The notes below the pieces were generated by a model. That model was not told the origin of the DNA. It saw only the letters and a list, made by a program, of their open reading frames with translations, and searched no databases. Positions 24,714 to 39,700 of a stretch of DNA of 64,000 nt are shown here, piece by piece. The translations under genes were made by a program, and so were the position numbers. Within the stretch, counting starts at the first letter, position 1, and the number at the start of each line of letters is the position of its first letter. This stretch comes from Macrostomum lignano (taxonomy: Eukaryota). Location: NCBI GenBank assembly GCA_002269645.1, contig NIVC01000525.1:186001-250000 (forward strand), given 5' to 3'.

Positions 24714-27700
24714 CTGAAAATTTATCAATGATCTTTTATGTCACTTCTAAATAATAAGAATAACAAGAGGTAAGCCAGGAAAACGAAAGCAAAAACGAAC
24801 ATGTCGCGCGAAGATTAATAAACTGTAATTTGGTATTATTAAAGAAAAAATGCGAATGTTCGTTTTTGCTTTCGTTTTCCTGGCTTTCCTCAAACGATGA
24901 ACCTTACCTCGACTCTACTTTGAGAATAACAAGAATACTGAGAGATAGAAATACTCCGAAAAAAGTCTTTGCTTACCTGCACTGGAATGTCACCTTTCAG
25001 AGTGATCTTAATGTGACCTCCCTGAGCTATACGATTGCCAGATCTTAAACCGCTGAAGATCTGAAAATTTCGCGTTTTGACAAGTAGATAATTGTTGCTT
25101 GAAAAATTTTAAAATGATGAAAATGGACAGAAAGCAACCTCACTCCCACACGCAAAGTGGGCCAGAGGGACAGACAGCCATCCCAATTCCCGCATGCACA
25201 GTGGGGCAGAGGGACAGACAGCCACCCCACTCCGCACGCAAAGTGGGGCAGAGGGACAGACAGCCACCCCACTCCGCACGCACAGTGGGACAGAGGGACA
25301 GACAGCCACCCCACTCCGCACGCACAGTGGGACAGAGGGACAGACAGTCACTTCACTCTCAGACACAGCTGCAACCAACCTGTCCCATGTGCACCATGCC
25401 GGTGACGCCGACCACTTCAAGCTGGCCGTCCCAGTGGTTCGGCCGGTTGAAATTGTCGTCCTTCTCGGTGCCCCACGGATTCGCCCCGCTGGCCCAGGAC
25501 AGAATGTTGAGGATAATAATCCCTTCTAGCGGCGGCAAGTCGATGACTTTGCCGTCAACCTCAACGATAATCTGCCTGTGCAAATCCTTGCAGCTGCCTT
25601 TGCTCATCATTTTTCTAACGCTCATCTTAAAGTACACGCCCTTGTTATGGAAACGGGAGTTGAACTTTGAAGGATTCTCGTTGCGGGCCAGGTGGAAGTC
25701 CAGGGAGACGTCGGCGTCCAGACCTAGGATAAATAAAAAATCTAGGTTCTTTACTCAAATGCTTTAATTGTGCCAGCTATTCACGGACATCAGAACTTTT
25801 CTGCTTTGATCAGAGAGCTCGAGATTATCCTCGTATTTTATCGTAGGGAGTGAACTTCCCTCCTAATCCTCTAACCATAGGGAGTGAACTGCCCTTCTAA
25901 TCCTCAACCATAGGGAGTGAACTGCCCTCCTAATCCTCTAACCATAGGGAGTGAACTGCCCTTTAATCCTCAACCATAGGGAGTGAACTGCCCTCCTAAT
26001 CCTCTAACCATAGGGAGTGAACTGCCCTCCTAATCCTCTAACCATAGGGAGTGAAGTGCCCTCCTAATCCTCACTTATAGGGAGTGAACTGCCCTCCTAA
26101 TCCTCACTCATAGGGAGTGAACTGCCCTCCTAATCCTCACTTATAGGGAGTGAACTGCCCTCCTAATCCTCACTTATAGGGAGTGAACTGCCCTCCTAAT
26201 CCTCACTTATAGGGAGTGAACTGCCCTCCTAATCCTCACTCATAGGGAGTGAACTGCCCTCCTAATCCTCACTTATAGGGAGTGAACTGCCCTCCTAATC
26301 CTCACTTATAGGGAGTGAACTGCCCTCCTAATCCTCACTTATAGGGAGTGAACTGCCCTTCTAATCCTCACTTATAGGGAGTGAACTGCCCTCCTAATCC
26401 TCACTTATAGGGAGTGAACTGCCCTCCTAATCCTCACTTATAGGGAGTGAACTGCCCTCCTAATCCTCACTCATAGGGAGTGAACCAATTCCGGACGCCC
26501 CCGCAGCTCACCGATGCCGAAGTAATTATTCATAACGAATATGCTAGCATTGTCCTCGTTTGTGTTGGCGGCGTTGCTTTCGTATTGCAGCTGCACTTTG
26601 GTCTCGTCCTTCTCCTTCTCCTCCGGGTGGAAGATCACCGTCCATCTGCGGTGATAATTGACGGAGGAATATAAACCTAGTCCAGATTTCTGTACAAGCG
26701 GTGTCTATTTTTAGAACTGCACAGGCAGAACTTTTAGCTAACTAAGCACTATATTAGTAATCTCTAATTAGACAGAGGAGGACAATTAATTAATCTTCAC
26801 ACGCAAGCGCACAGCACACAGAAGGTTCCCGGTCGGCCCAACAAGCAATTGCATTTACCGCCTAGGCTGCGCAAGTTAAGCTCAATCGGCCGCGGTTAGT
26901 ACCTCTCAGTGACTTCTCATTGACTTTCATCAACTATCAAATTTTAGAAATCTATAGAGACTTTAGTATTTAATTTAGTATCCTCAGTTGTAATGTAATA
27001 AGATAGATCTTACGCAAAGGCGAAAGGATTTTAAAATCCTATGAGGAGCGGCTGCACAAGAAATTTCTACAGTAGAAGTACACCGCCCAGGCAAGATACG
27101 CGCAGACATAAAGCCAGTATAGAGAACCAAAAAATCAAACACATACACATACATAAATATGTATACATGTAAATAGGTTAGAGCAGTTGGAGGAGCAGCC
27201 ACACAAGCGCACAGACACACGCACGGGAGACGGAGCATAGCCCGAGATCCCCTCCCCCTCCACCTTCCGCCGCTGCTGCCACCGCCCCCGCTGCCCCGCT
27301 GTCACCGCCTGCCTCTCACCGCCCTAAAACACTCCTCTCACGAACTAAAACCCTGCCTCTCACGGCTCACGAGCTGTCCTTCGGCCGCCGCCCCCCCCCC
27401 CACCGTGAGGAAGAGAAAACCGAACCCTGGCCCCGTCATAGTAGTGCATACGCGTACTATATTGAATACATACGCGAAACTGAAACAACAGCTTGCGACT
27501 GTTTTTAGTGGACTGAAAAATACGGAGAAGAGGGATTAACCACCCAGCAAGGCGGCTCTCCGAGTTCTTCCGCTACGCTCCTGAAGGCATCTCATCTATC
27601 GTGCCCAATTTCGCTGAACCCCTGAGCAACGTAGACAAGACCCAGTCAGCCCAGTCAAATGGGTCCCCTATGATATTTTTGGCCCCGAAAATATTGCAAG

Positions 27701-30700
27701 TTGTTTAAAATGAATGTAGAAACAGTCAATTCGAGCAAAACAAACTATTTAAGGAAAGCAAAGATTCTTAATGATTCCGATCGTCTAGATAATCTCTTCG
27801 TCCACTTTTGGACACTTTCAGACACTTTCGGACACTTTCGGACACCCTCGGACATTTTCGGACACTTTCTGACACATTCGGACTGTTAGCGAAGGCCGAG
27901 TTGGCTTTAGATGCGCTTAAGAGGCGCTCGATTGTATTATACATATATTTAATTGAAATGAAAGCAACGCCGCGCACTGAACGATAGCATAAAAGCTTAC
28001 ACCATAGACATCTCAGTCAATCAATAGTCTCTACTAGCAATCTACGCCCCCCATTGGGGAGCAAAGAAAGAATTTAATAATTTTAATACTGATTTAATGT
28101 AGCAAGCAATCCCCCAGACAGCAAGCATCCCCCAGACAGCAAGCATCCCCCAGACAGCAAGCATCCAACAGACGTAGCAAGCATCCAACAGACGTAGCAA
28201 GCATCCAACAGACGTAGCAAGCATCCAACAGACGTAGCAAGCATCCAACAGACGTAGCAAGCATCCAACAGACGTAGCAAGCATCCAACAGACGTAGCAA
28301 ACATCCAACAGACGTAGCAAGCATCCAACAGACGTAGCAAGCATCCAACAGACGTAGCAAGCATCCCCCCAACAGCATGCAGCCACTGAGCATTTTTCTC
28401 TCCCCTGCATATACTATATATATAGTGGCGCAATAATTCAATACTTTTAAAGTGCACTCGTATTTAATTATTTATAGCTCGTAGCATCAGCTCAAGAAAT
28501 TGAATTGAAGTTTAGTCTATGGCCATAGACATACTCGTATTGAGCCCTGACTGCCAGAAACATACATATTTAGATAGTAAAAATACAGTTTTTTTATTGA
28601 ACTGTACTTAGAAATGGCGTAGACACTAATAATTTTAACCATACCGATTGCTGACAATTTGTGATAGAATAGTGCAAATTTGGTGAAAATCGGTTGAGCT
28701 GTTTTTTAAAAAATCCATCACACAGACAGCCAGAGACATCTCACAATTAGTATATAGAAAAAAATAGAAGAAAAAGACATCACGGACGAAATTTCCTTCA
28801 ACCCAGTCTAACATCCGCTGACAAGTCAAACTTCCGAAATGAATGCTGCAAAGAATGACGCATTGGCCGGCCATTTATCTCACCTGTCCAGCGTCACCAC
28901 CTCCGCCTCGGCCACGTCCCTGAGTATGTTTAGCGGATACTCCTGGCCGGAGTAGCCGGAGCCCCAGCGCAGCACCCGGGACAGATCGTTGCCGGTGCCC
29001 AGAGGCACGATGGCCATAGGCGGATAGTTGCACTTGGCATCCGGGCCGACGTTGTCCAGGCAGCTGAGGGCCCAGCCAACCGTGCCGTCGCCGCCGCACA
29101 CCAGGATTTTATAATAAGACACCTGTCGGAACACGTAGAGGCCTGGCAGGGGACCGCCGTAGTCCAAATTGAACACCTGGTGCGGATTAAGCAGCTTGCG
29201 AAACGCTGTGACCAGCTCGATGCCCTGACAGCCGCCGCTCTTCACGTTAACCAGCACCAGCACTGGGGTGGTGCCGTCCGGTATCATCTCCGGGTGAAGC
29301 TGGGGCAGCAGCAGCACCAACATTGGCTTATCGTCGAACCATTGATCGCGCAAGCTATTGTAGGCCTGCTGTAGGCGGCGCGGGTTCTTATAGACCAACA
29401 CCATGGCGCCGTACTCGTAGTAGATTACGTCGATTGAGTCCCATTTGTTCTCTGCGGATGAAAGATTATGTAAATGCACGGGTGAAATATTAATTGGATG
29501 TTTTAAAACATAAAATTATGCAATTAGTAAACTTCTGAAGTGAAGCAGGTGATTTTTGTTTGTCAGTGAAATTAGCTAGTAAATCCGGGTCTACCCCCAC
29601 GGAGTGAGGTGGCTGCCTCATTTCTAACCCTCGCACAGAGTGAGGTGGTTGCTTTATTACGAGTACTAACCCTAACACGGAGTGAGGTGGTTGCTTTATT
29701 TCTAACCCTAACGCGGAGTGAGGTGGTTGCCTCATTTCTAAACCCAACACGGAGTGGGGTGGTTGCCTCATTTCTAACCCTAACACGGAGTGGGATGGTT
29801 GCCTCATTTCTAACCCTAACACGGAGTGGGGTGGTTGCTTTATTTCTAACCCTAACACGGAGTGGGGTGGTTGCTTTATTTCTAACCCTAACACGGAGTG
29901 GGGTGGTTGCTTTATTTCTAACCCTAACGCGGAGTGAGGTGGTTGCCTCATTTCTAAACCCAACACGGAGTGGGATGGTTGCCTCATTTCTAACCCTAAC
30001 ACGGAGTGGGGTGGTTGCTTTATTTCTAACCCTAACACGGAGTGGGGTGGTTGCTTTATTTCTAACCCTAACACGGAGTGGGTGGTTGCTTTATTTCTAA
30101 CCCTAACACGGAGTGGGGTGGTTGCTTGATTTCTAACCCTAACACGGAGTGAGGTGGTTGCTTTATTTCTAACCCTAACACGGAGTGGGGTGGTTGCCTC
30201 ATTTCTAAACCCAACACGGAGTGGGGTGGTTGCCTCATTTCTAAACCCAACACGGAGTGGGATGGTTGCCTCATTTCTGACCCTAACACGGAGTGAGGTG
30301 GTTGCCTCAATTCTAACCCTAACACGAAGTGAGGTGGTTGCCTCAATTCTAACCCTAACATGGAGTGAGGTGGTTGCCTCAATTCTAACCCTCCCTCGGA
30401 GTGAGGTGGTTGCCTCATTGCTGACCCTGGTTGAGTGAGATGATTCACGAGCATAGAGTAAAGAAATCGATTGGCGAGCTGATAAGAAACTGAGAGCGTC
30501 TAATTTTGTGAGTGATTTTTATTTACTATTAATTTCCAAGCTTGGGCAGTAATATTTCTCTTAGAATTACCTCAACCTACTTATGTTGCAATACAATTGA
30601 TGACTTTTTAGAGAGCCCTCCAAAAACTCTAGTGTGAGAATGAACCAAGTGACTACACAGACTCAAGACGCTTAGCTGACTAGAAGTAGGGGGGGGGGAG

Positions 30701-33700
30701 TTTAAGCGAATTGCTTCAGTAAGAAGGACTTGAATGAAAAGCGAAGGGCAAGACGGCAAAAGGCGGAGCCCTACTAGAAGAAAGTAGTCTCGCGGCCTTA
30801 ATCCGCGGGGGGGGGGTGGTCTGTCAGTTTTCAGCCTTATAGAAGATGAGAATCTGAAAAGAGAGAGCTCAGACTGAAGAAAGCTACAGACGGAGGGAGG
30901 AAGGGGTGTTCTAAGACAAAAAGCCAGAGAGAGAAAAAGACTAAATGAAGCCAGCCAGGAGAGGCGCGGGATAGAGAAAATGAAGAACTGAGAAGCGGGG
31001 CACGAATATCCCGGACGCGCCTGCTGCTCGCTCGGAACTGAATAATAAAACCGGCAAAAGTGCAGTTTGAATGGCAGAATGAAAAACAGAGAAGAGAATT
31101 AGACGGCTAAGAATAAGAAAGCGCAGCATGGGTAGCAAATAATGAAGGAGTTAATAAAGAAAATGACTGGGCGCGTCTCTCTGTCTCTCGATTCGTCTTT
31201 TTTTGTTAAAAAAAGAGGCTAAAAAGTCTTATTGACAATCGATTTTCTGCTCTACTGCCCATCCACCCACCCAGTTTAGCTCCGCCCCGTGCGCGCCTGG
31301 CAGTGCGACAGGCACGCCCTGATTGGAATTATCGGTAATGCCTGCATTCGCAGTGGCTCCGAGTCCGCGGGGAAGACGCAGCTTTGTAGGGCTGCCGTTA
31401 ATCAAAGCGTGACATTCATGCAGCAGCCATTGCTGGACAGCGTAATCGAACCCGGGCTGATTCTGCTCACACAGGGTGTACACTGTACATCGGAATCGAA
31501 CCCGGGCTGATTCTGCTCACGCAGGGTGTACACTGTACAGCGGAATCGAACCCGGGCTGATTCTGCTCACACAGGGTGTACACTGTACAGCGGAATCGAA
31601 CCCGGGCTGATTCCGCTCACGCAGGGTGTACACTGTACATCGGAATCGAACCCGGGCTGATTCTGCTCACACAGGGTGTACACTGTACAGCGGAATCGAA
31701 CCCGGGCTGATTCTGCTCACACAGGGTGTACACTGTACATCGGAATCGAACCCGGGCTGATTCTGCTCACGCAGGGTGTACACTGTACAGCGGAATCGAA
31801 CCCGGGCTGATTCTGCTCACACAGGGTGTACACTGTACAGCGGAATCGAACCCGGGCTGATTCCGCTCACGCAGGGTGTACACTGTACAGCGGAATCGAA
31901 CCCGGGCTGATTCCGCTCACGCAGGGTGTACACTGTACAGCGGAATCGAACCCGGGCTGCTTCCGCTCACGCAGGGTGTATTGGTAGCAGAAGAGAGTCG
32001 CGAGATGGCGCGGACACACGCTGACTTGCTTAGACTTTGAGAGTGGGCGCGGCTGCATTGTCACGAAAGCGCCGCAACATGCATGTAGCAATGATTAGCC
32101 ATGCAGGTGCGATCGAATTGCTGACAGTTGAGCTACAAGGTCACGAACACGATAGGCTCTGGTGGCGAACTTTGAAAGTGACAGCAGTGTGATGATTCGA
32201 CGAAGTGACAAGAAAGTCCTCGCATTAAGACCCCCCATACAATCAGTACATTATTTTCTGCGTGACTGTTCAATACAGGGTCATTTTCCACAAGCTCGAG
32301 AAGCTCACAAGATCAATTAGTTCACAAGCTCAATTAGTTCACAAGATCAATAAGTTCACAAGCTCATTAAGTTCACCAGCTCAATAAGTTCACAAGATAA
32401 ATAAGTTCACCAGCTCAATAAGTTCACCAGCTCAATAAGTTCACAAGATCAATAAGTTCACCAGCTCAATAAGTTCACCAGCTCAATAAGTTCACAAGAT
32501 CAATAAGTTCACCAGCTCAATAAGTTCACCAGCTCAATAAGTTCACAAGATCAATAAGTTCACCAGCTCAATAAGTTCACCAGCTCAATAAGTTCACAAG
32601 ATTAATAATATTAACGAACTAAAAGCGGCGTATGTTAAAATAGCACCGCGTTTCGAGTGCATGGAGACTTTCCTTTGACATAAAGTATCGAGCTTTGTAA
32701 AACTCTATTAACTAACAATATTTTATGATTTCTAAAGAGTCGACCAACTTAGTTACAAGAACGAGACTGGCAAGGAATGTATTTTCTATTCGAACGGTGG
32801 GGAGGGCAGCGGCAGCAGGGAAGAAAAGGAAATTAGATTGTGGCTAGAAAAAGCTGCCGGTTCGGTTCGAACACTGAAGAGAGAAAGATGGAGAGTCACA
32901 GGGAGGCACACTGGGAAGCTGGAGAAGGAGAAGAGGCAACGAAGCAGGCACTACGAGTAGCCATCAGAAAAGTAAGAAACTAGAAAATTTATCTGCTTCT
33001 TTTTTCACGCCTGGGAGATTCTCTCTTAGCTGCGCAACAAACCGAGAATTAGCAAACTCTGGCACGTCAACAACTGAGGAAAAACTGAGACAAAAAGGGA
33101 GACAGAACAGACGATGCCTTGCCTGTAACGATGGCTTTTCAGACAGATTATATTGTCTGTATTTCCTAGAAATAAAAGTACGCAGGGAATATAAAAAATT
33201 AGGAGTAGTTGAAACAACGGCGAGGTTCGTGAGACGCGCACGACTAGCTTACGACACGGGGCGCTGGATTTGGGCTGCTGGCTTAGGAAGGGGTGGGGTT
33301 GGGACGATTGGGGATCGGGGAGCGGGGAGAGTGGGAAAATGGGCCAGCTTTTCCACCTGTCCCTTGGCCGGGGGAAGGCTGGGCGAGCAGAGAGCAAAAT
33401 GCAGAGAAACTCGGGCTGCCCTTGCCTCTCCCCTGCTCAACATGGGGATGAGGGCAGCTGTAGGTACAAGTGTACTATACTTTGGTCTATTAAAATAACA
33501 GCATTCGCTCCTGAACTCAAAATAATTACATGATCTCACTTCTGAAATCTCACTCCTAATATTTCATCTACGCGGGCTCTGCCATCATGCCTAATCCCAC
33601 TCAAATTATCACACACCCTTATCCCATTATCCCATTCAATTATTCCAATTTTCAACTGCCATTATTCTATTTTCCTACTCCTATTATCCCAATATCCCAC

Positions 33701-36700
33701 TCCCATTATCCCACTCCCATTATCCCACTCCCATTATCCCACTCCCATTATCCCAATATCCCGCTCTTATCCCATTATCCCCCTCCCACTATCCCATTAC
33801 GAGTATCCCACTCTCACAATCCCAATATCCTACTCTCATTATCCCATTATCACCCTCCCATTTTCCCATTATCCCACTCTCACTTTCCCAATATCCTACT
33901 CCCACTATCCCAATATCCCACTCCTATTATCCCAATATCCCACTCCACTATCCCAATATCCCACTCCCACTATCCCAATATCCCACTCCCACTATCCCAA
34001 TATCTCACTTCTATTATCCCATTATCCCCCTCCCATTATCTCACTCACTCCCACTAATCCCAATATCCTACACCTATTATCCCAATATCCCACTCCCACT
34101 ATCCCAATATCCCACTCCTATTATCCCAATATCCCACTCCCACTATCCCAATATCCCACTCCCACTATCCCAATATCCCACTCCCACTATCCCAATATCT
34201 CACTTCTATTATCCCATTATCCCCCTCCCATTATCTCACTCACTCCCACTAATCCCAATATCCTACACCTATTATCCCAATATTCCACTCCCACTATCCC
34301 AATATCCCACTCCCACTATCCCAATATCTCACTTCTATTATCCCATTACCCCCTTCCCATTATCTCACTCACTCCCACTAATCCCAATATCCTACACCTA
34401 TTATCCCAATATTCCACTCCCACTATCCTAATATCCCACTCCTATTATCCCATTATTCCTATTATTCCTATCATCCCTAATAGGAGTGGTGTCCTTAGGT
34501 ATCCCCCTCCTATTATCCCACTTCCACTATCCCAATATCCCACTACCACTATCCCAATATCCCACTATCTCAATATCCCACTCCCATTATCCCACTCTTA
34601 TTATCCCAATATCCCACTCCCATTATCCCATTATCCCGCGGCTCACCGGAGCCCAGTTTCTCCATCAGTATCTTCTCATACACCCGTTGCGACATGCCGG
34701 TCTTCAGATTGCCGACGTAAAGCGCCAGTCCCGTATAGCGCGGATCAATGACCGGCTGTATGTAGAACCTGGTCAGCATGTACTGGCGCACTGATTCCCG
34801 CCTGACCGAGTGCAACAGCTGCAGCGGTTTCTCGTCTCTGGCCAGAGTCCGCTCAGACACCTGCTTGTCCAAGCTGACTTCAACCAGGTCCAACTGGCTA
34901 GCGTCCAGCTGTTCCACGCCGAACTTTTTCAATGCGTAGACTATGGTCTCCTGGGCTGTGGTCTCCTTGGTTACCGTCACGTATCTGCTTTTCAGATAGG
35001 GTTAAGATTGGTACTTTTAAGAAAATAGAAATACAATGAGATGAAGCACACAGGGACATCAGGTTCCTTAGATACACTTAAGCCATTTCTGGTGTCCTTA
35101 GGGAGCCCGTCACACTATTTTTGGTGTCCTTAGGGAGCTCGTCACACTATTTTTGGTGTCCTTAGGGAGCTCATCACACTATTTTTGGTGTCCTTAGGGA
35201 GCCCGTCACGTGTCTTTAGGGAGCCCGTCACACTATTTTTGGTGTCCTTAGGGAGCCCGTCACACTATTTTTGGTGTCCTTAGGGAGCTCATCACACTAT
35301 TTTTGGTGTCCTTAGGGAGCTCGTCACACTATTTTTGGTGTCCTTAGGGAGCCCGTCACACTATTTTTGGTGTCCTTAGGGAGCTCGTCACACTATTTTT
35401 GGTGTCCTTAGGGAGCTCGTCACACTATTTTTGGTGTCCTTAGGGAGCCCGTCACGTGTCTTTAGGGAGCCCGTCACACTATTTTTGGTGTCCTTAGGGA
35501 GCTTGTCACACTATTTTTGGTGTCCTTAGGGAGATCGTCACACTATTTTTGGTGTCCTTAGGGAGCTCGTCACACTATTTTTGGTGTCCTTAGGGAGATC
35601 GTCACACTATTTTTGGTGTCCTTAGGGAGCTCGTCACACTATTTTTGGTGTCCTTAGGGAGATCGTCACACTATTTTTGGTGTCCTTAGGGAGCCTGGTC
35701 ACGCCATCTCTTGCGTCTTGGTGAGCCCTTCAAGCAGTTCTGATGTCTCAGGGAGCCGTCACGCCGTATTTATTATAGTTTCAAACCAAAAAAAAACTCT
35801 CCCACCCGATAAGCAGCTAGAGGAACAAGCAAAGTGCATCAATTTCTGTGTAGTCGTCAGTCATCCATGGAGACAAATATTATGTATAAAAAGTTATTTT
35901 TAGTTCCCCCGCTCCCAGCAGTGGCAGGGAGATCATTCATCGCAACCAACTCCAGCTTCAAGGCAAAGCGGCGCAGTCAAGTGTGAAACGAACCGCTCTC
36001 CCCTAGACTTTGCACCCGTCCCCTTCTTCATCATCATTTCGACAGCGCTAAATCTCGCTGGGACTTGGAGGGTGGTACGACGAATGAATATCTTCGTAGC
36101 TTTGCCAAGGAAACAAACCAGTTTTCTTAGAGATTTGTAGAATATTAAAATAGGGTTACACAAGCCTCGCACGGAGAAGATTAACATTCGGGATTAAAAT
36201 TCGGGATTTAGAACTGGGAATTAAAAGCGGGATTCAGGACCAGGGATTCAAGAGTCAGGGATTCGGGATCAGGGATTCAAGGATCAGGGATTCAAGGATC
36301 AGGGATTCAAGGATCAGGGATTCAAGGATCAGGGATTCAAGAATCAGGGATTCAAGAATCAGGGATTCAGTATCAGGGATTCAAGGATCAGGGATTCAAG
36401 AATCAGGGATTCAAGAATCAGGGATTCAGTATCAGGAATTCAAGGATCAGAGATTCGGGATCAGGGATTCAAGGATCAGGGATTCAAGAATCAGGGATTC
36501 AGTATCAGGAATTCAAGGATCAGAGATTCGGGATCAGGGATTCAAGGATCAGGGATTCGGGATCAGGGGTTCAGGATCAGGGATTCAGAATCTGTGATTT
36601 GGGATCAGGGATTCAAGGATCAGGTGTTCAGGATCAGGGATTCAAGGATCAGGGATTCAAGGATCAGGGATTCAGGATCAGGGACTCGGGATTAGGGACT

Positions 36701-39700
36701 CAAAGATCAGGGGTTTAGGATCAGGGACTCCGGATCAGGGATTCAAGGATCAGGGATTCAAGATCAGGGATTTGGGATTAGGGATTCAAGGATCATGGAT
36801 TCAAGGATCATGGATTCAAGGATCATGAATACAGGATCGGAATTCAGACGGGGATCCAACTCACTTGAAGTTGGTGGGCACTCTGGCAAAGTACTGCAGG
36901 CCGGTGGGGTACACCCGGATGGAGGCCCTATTAGCGTCCTTCTCCCTGTAACGCAGTACAACAGCCGGGCGCCGGCTATCGAATCGGAACTGCTGCTTCA
37001 ATGGCGCGGATTCGTCCAGCCGACGCTCGGATCCGTCGCGTTCGTTCAGCTCAACCAGGGTGTACAGTCGGGCATCATCCAGGACGTGGTAGACTCTCAG
37101 GGCGCACTCCGTCAGCTGGGCGAGAGTGGTGCCCCGCTGTATGGACACAATCCGGTACTGCTTGCGCTGCGCCGCCCCGTTGCCGTCGTAGATCTTCACC
37201 AGGTCCTCGTTGACCTCCTGGCGATCCTTGGGACTGCGACGGTCCTGGTAGCCGCTGGCCTGGTTGGCAACCGCCGCCGCTTCATCCCGCGTTGAATCGC
37301 CGCCGCTGCTGGACCAGTCCTCGCTGATGGTGCGGGCTGCGCAGCGGGGGGGGAGTTGGTGGCTGTGAAAATTATCCAAAATAGACATTCTATAGCACAG
37401 CCATAGGGCCGAACTGTAGTGCAATTGCTGAGAAACAACGGCAAAGGCTGAGAGTGAACAATATTTCATGTTGCTACTCCAGTGTTTTGTTGTAAATTAC
37501 GAGCTATTTCAGTGAATCCGCCAATTTCTTGTCTCATTTTGTTTCAAAATCTGCCACTGCTCTCTCTCTTCTCAAATCTGCCACTGCTCTCTCTCTTCTC
37601 AAATCTGCCACTGCTCTCTCTCTTATCAAATCTGCCACTGCTCTCTCTCTTCTCAAATCTGCCGCTGCTCTCTCTCTTCTCAAATCTGCCACTGCTCTCT
37701 CTCTTCTCAAATCTGCCACTGCTCTCTCTCTCTTCTCAAATCTGCCACTGCTCTCTCTCTTATCAAATCTGCCACTGCTCTCTCTCTTCTCAAATCTGCC
37801 GCTGCTCTCTCTCTTCTCAAATCTGCCACTGCTCTCTCTCTTCTCAAATCTGTCACTGCTCTCTCTCTTATCAAATCTGTCACTGCTCTCTCTCTTATCA
37901 AATCTGTCACTGCTCTCTCTTATCAAATCTGTCACTGCTCTCTCTCTTATCAACTCTGTCACTGCTCTCTCTTATCAAATCTGCCACTGCTCTCTCTCTT
38001 ATCAAATCTGTCACTGCTCTCTCTTATCAACTCTGTCACTGCTCTCTCTTATCAACTCTGTCACTGCTCTCTCTTATCAAATCTGCCACTGCTCTCTCTC
38101 TTATCAAATCTGTCACTGCTCTCTTCTCAAATCTGTCACTGCTCTCTCTCTTATCAAATCTGTCACTGCTCTCTCTCTTCTCAAATCTGTCACTGCTCTC
38201 TTCTCAAATCTGTCACTGCTCTCTTCTCAAATCTGTCACTGCTCTCTCTTATCAACTCTGTCACTGCTCTCTCTCTCTTATCAAATCTGTCACTGCTCTC
38301 TCTTATCAAATCTGTCACTGCTCTCTCTCTTATCAAATCTGTCACTGCTCTCTCTCTTATCAAATCTGTCACTGATCTTCTCAAATCTGTCACTGCTCTC
38401 TCTCTTATCAAATCTGTCACTGCTCTCTCTCTTATCAAATCTGTCACTGCTCTCTCTCTTATCAAATCTGTCACTGCTCTCTCTCTTCTCAAATCTGTCA
38501 CTGCTCTCTTCTCAAATCTGTCACTGCTCTCTCTCTTATCAAATCTGTCACTGCTCTCTCTCTTCTCAAATCTGTCACTGATCTTCTCAAATCTGTCACT
38601 GCTCTCTCTCTTATCAAATCTGTCACTGCTCTCTCTCTTATCAAATCTGTCACTGCTCTCTCTCTTATCAAATCTGTCACTGCTCTCTCTCTTCTCAAAT
38701 CTGTCACTGCTCTCTTCTCAAATATGTCACTGCTCTCTCTCTTATCAAATCTGTCACTGCTCTCTTCTCAAATCTGCCACTGCTCTCTTCGACTCAAATC
38801 TGCCACTGCTCTCTTCTACTCAAATCTGCCACTGCTCTCTCTTATCAAATCTGTCACTGCTCTCTCTTATCAACTCTGTCACTGCTCTCTCTTATCAACT
38901 CTGTCACTGCTCTCTCTCTTATCAAATCTGTCACTGCTCTCTCTTATCAAATCTGTCACTGCTCTCTCTCTTATCAAATCTGTCACTGCTCTCTCTCTTC
39001 TCAAATCTGTCACTGCTCTCTCTCTTATCAAATCTGTCACTGCTCTCTCTCTTATCAAATCTGTCACTGCTCTCTTCTACTCAAATCTGCCACTGCTCTC
39101 TTCTACTCAAATCTGCCACTGCTCTCTTCTCAAATCTGCCACTGCTCTCTTCTCAAATCTGCCACTGCTCTCTTCTCAAATCTGTCACTGCTCTCTTCTC
39201 AAATCTGCCACTGCTCTCTTCTCAAATCTGTCACTGCTCTCTCTTATCAACTCTGTCACTGCTCTCTCTCTTATCAAATCTGTCACTGCTCTCTCTCTTA
39301 TCAAATCTGTCACTGCTCTCTCTTATCAAATCTGTCACTGCTCTCTCTCTTATCAAATCTGTCACTGCTCTCTTCTACTCAAATCTGCCACTGCTCTCTT
39401 CTACTCAAATCTGCCACTGCTCTCTTCTCAAATCTGCCACTGCTCTCTTCTCAAATCTGCCACTGCTCTCTTCTCAAATCTGTCACTGCTCTCTTCTCAA
39501 ATCTGCCACTGCTCTCTTCTCAAATCTGTCACTGCTCTCTCTTATCAACTCTGTCACTGCTCTCTCTCTTATCAAATCTGTCACTGCTCTCTCTCTTCTC
39601 AAATCTGTCACTGCTCTCTCTCTTATCAAATCTGTCACTGCTCTCTCTCTTATCAAATCTGTCACTGCTCTCTTCTCAAATCTGTCACTGCTCTCTCTCT

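Noticed and set aside
29598-30430. True interstitial telomere or chromosome-fusion scar
   Set aside because: There are only about 1.5 hexamers per 36-bp unit, with no pure (TTAGGG)n run and no head-to-head inversion.
31444-31980. tRNA gene cluster
   Set aside because: Only the T-arm/B-box motif is present. The 50-bp period is too short and I found no A-box, acceptor stem or anticodon arm.
37336-37365. Upstream acceptor tttcacag for DGK exon 4
   Set aside because: It adds 26 nt and breaks the frame; the gcgcag acceptor at 37339-37337 keeps the phase.
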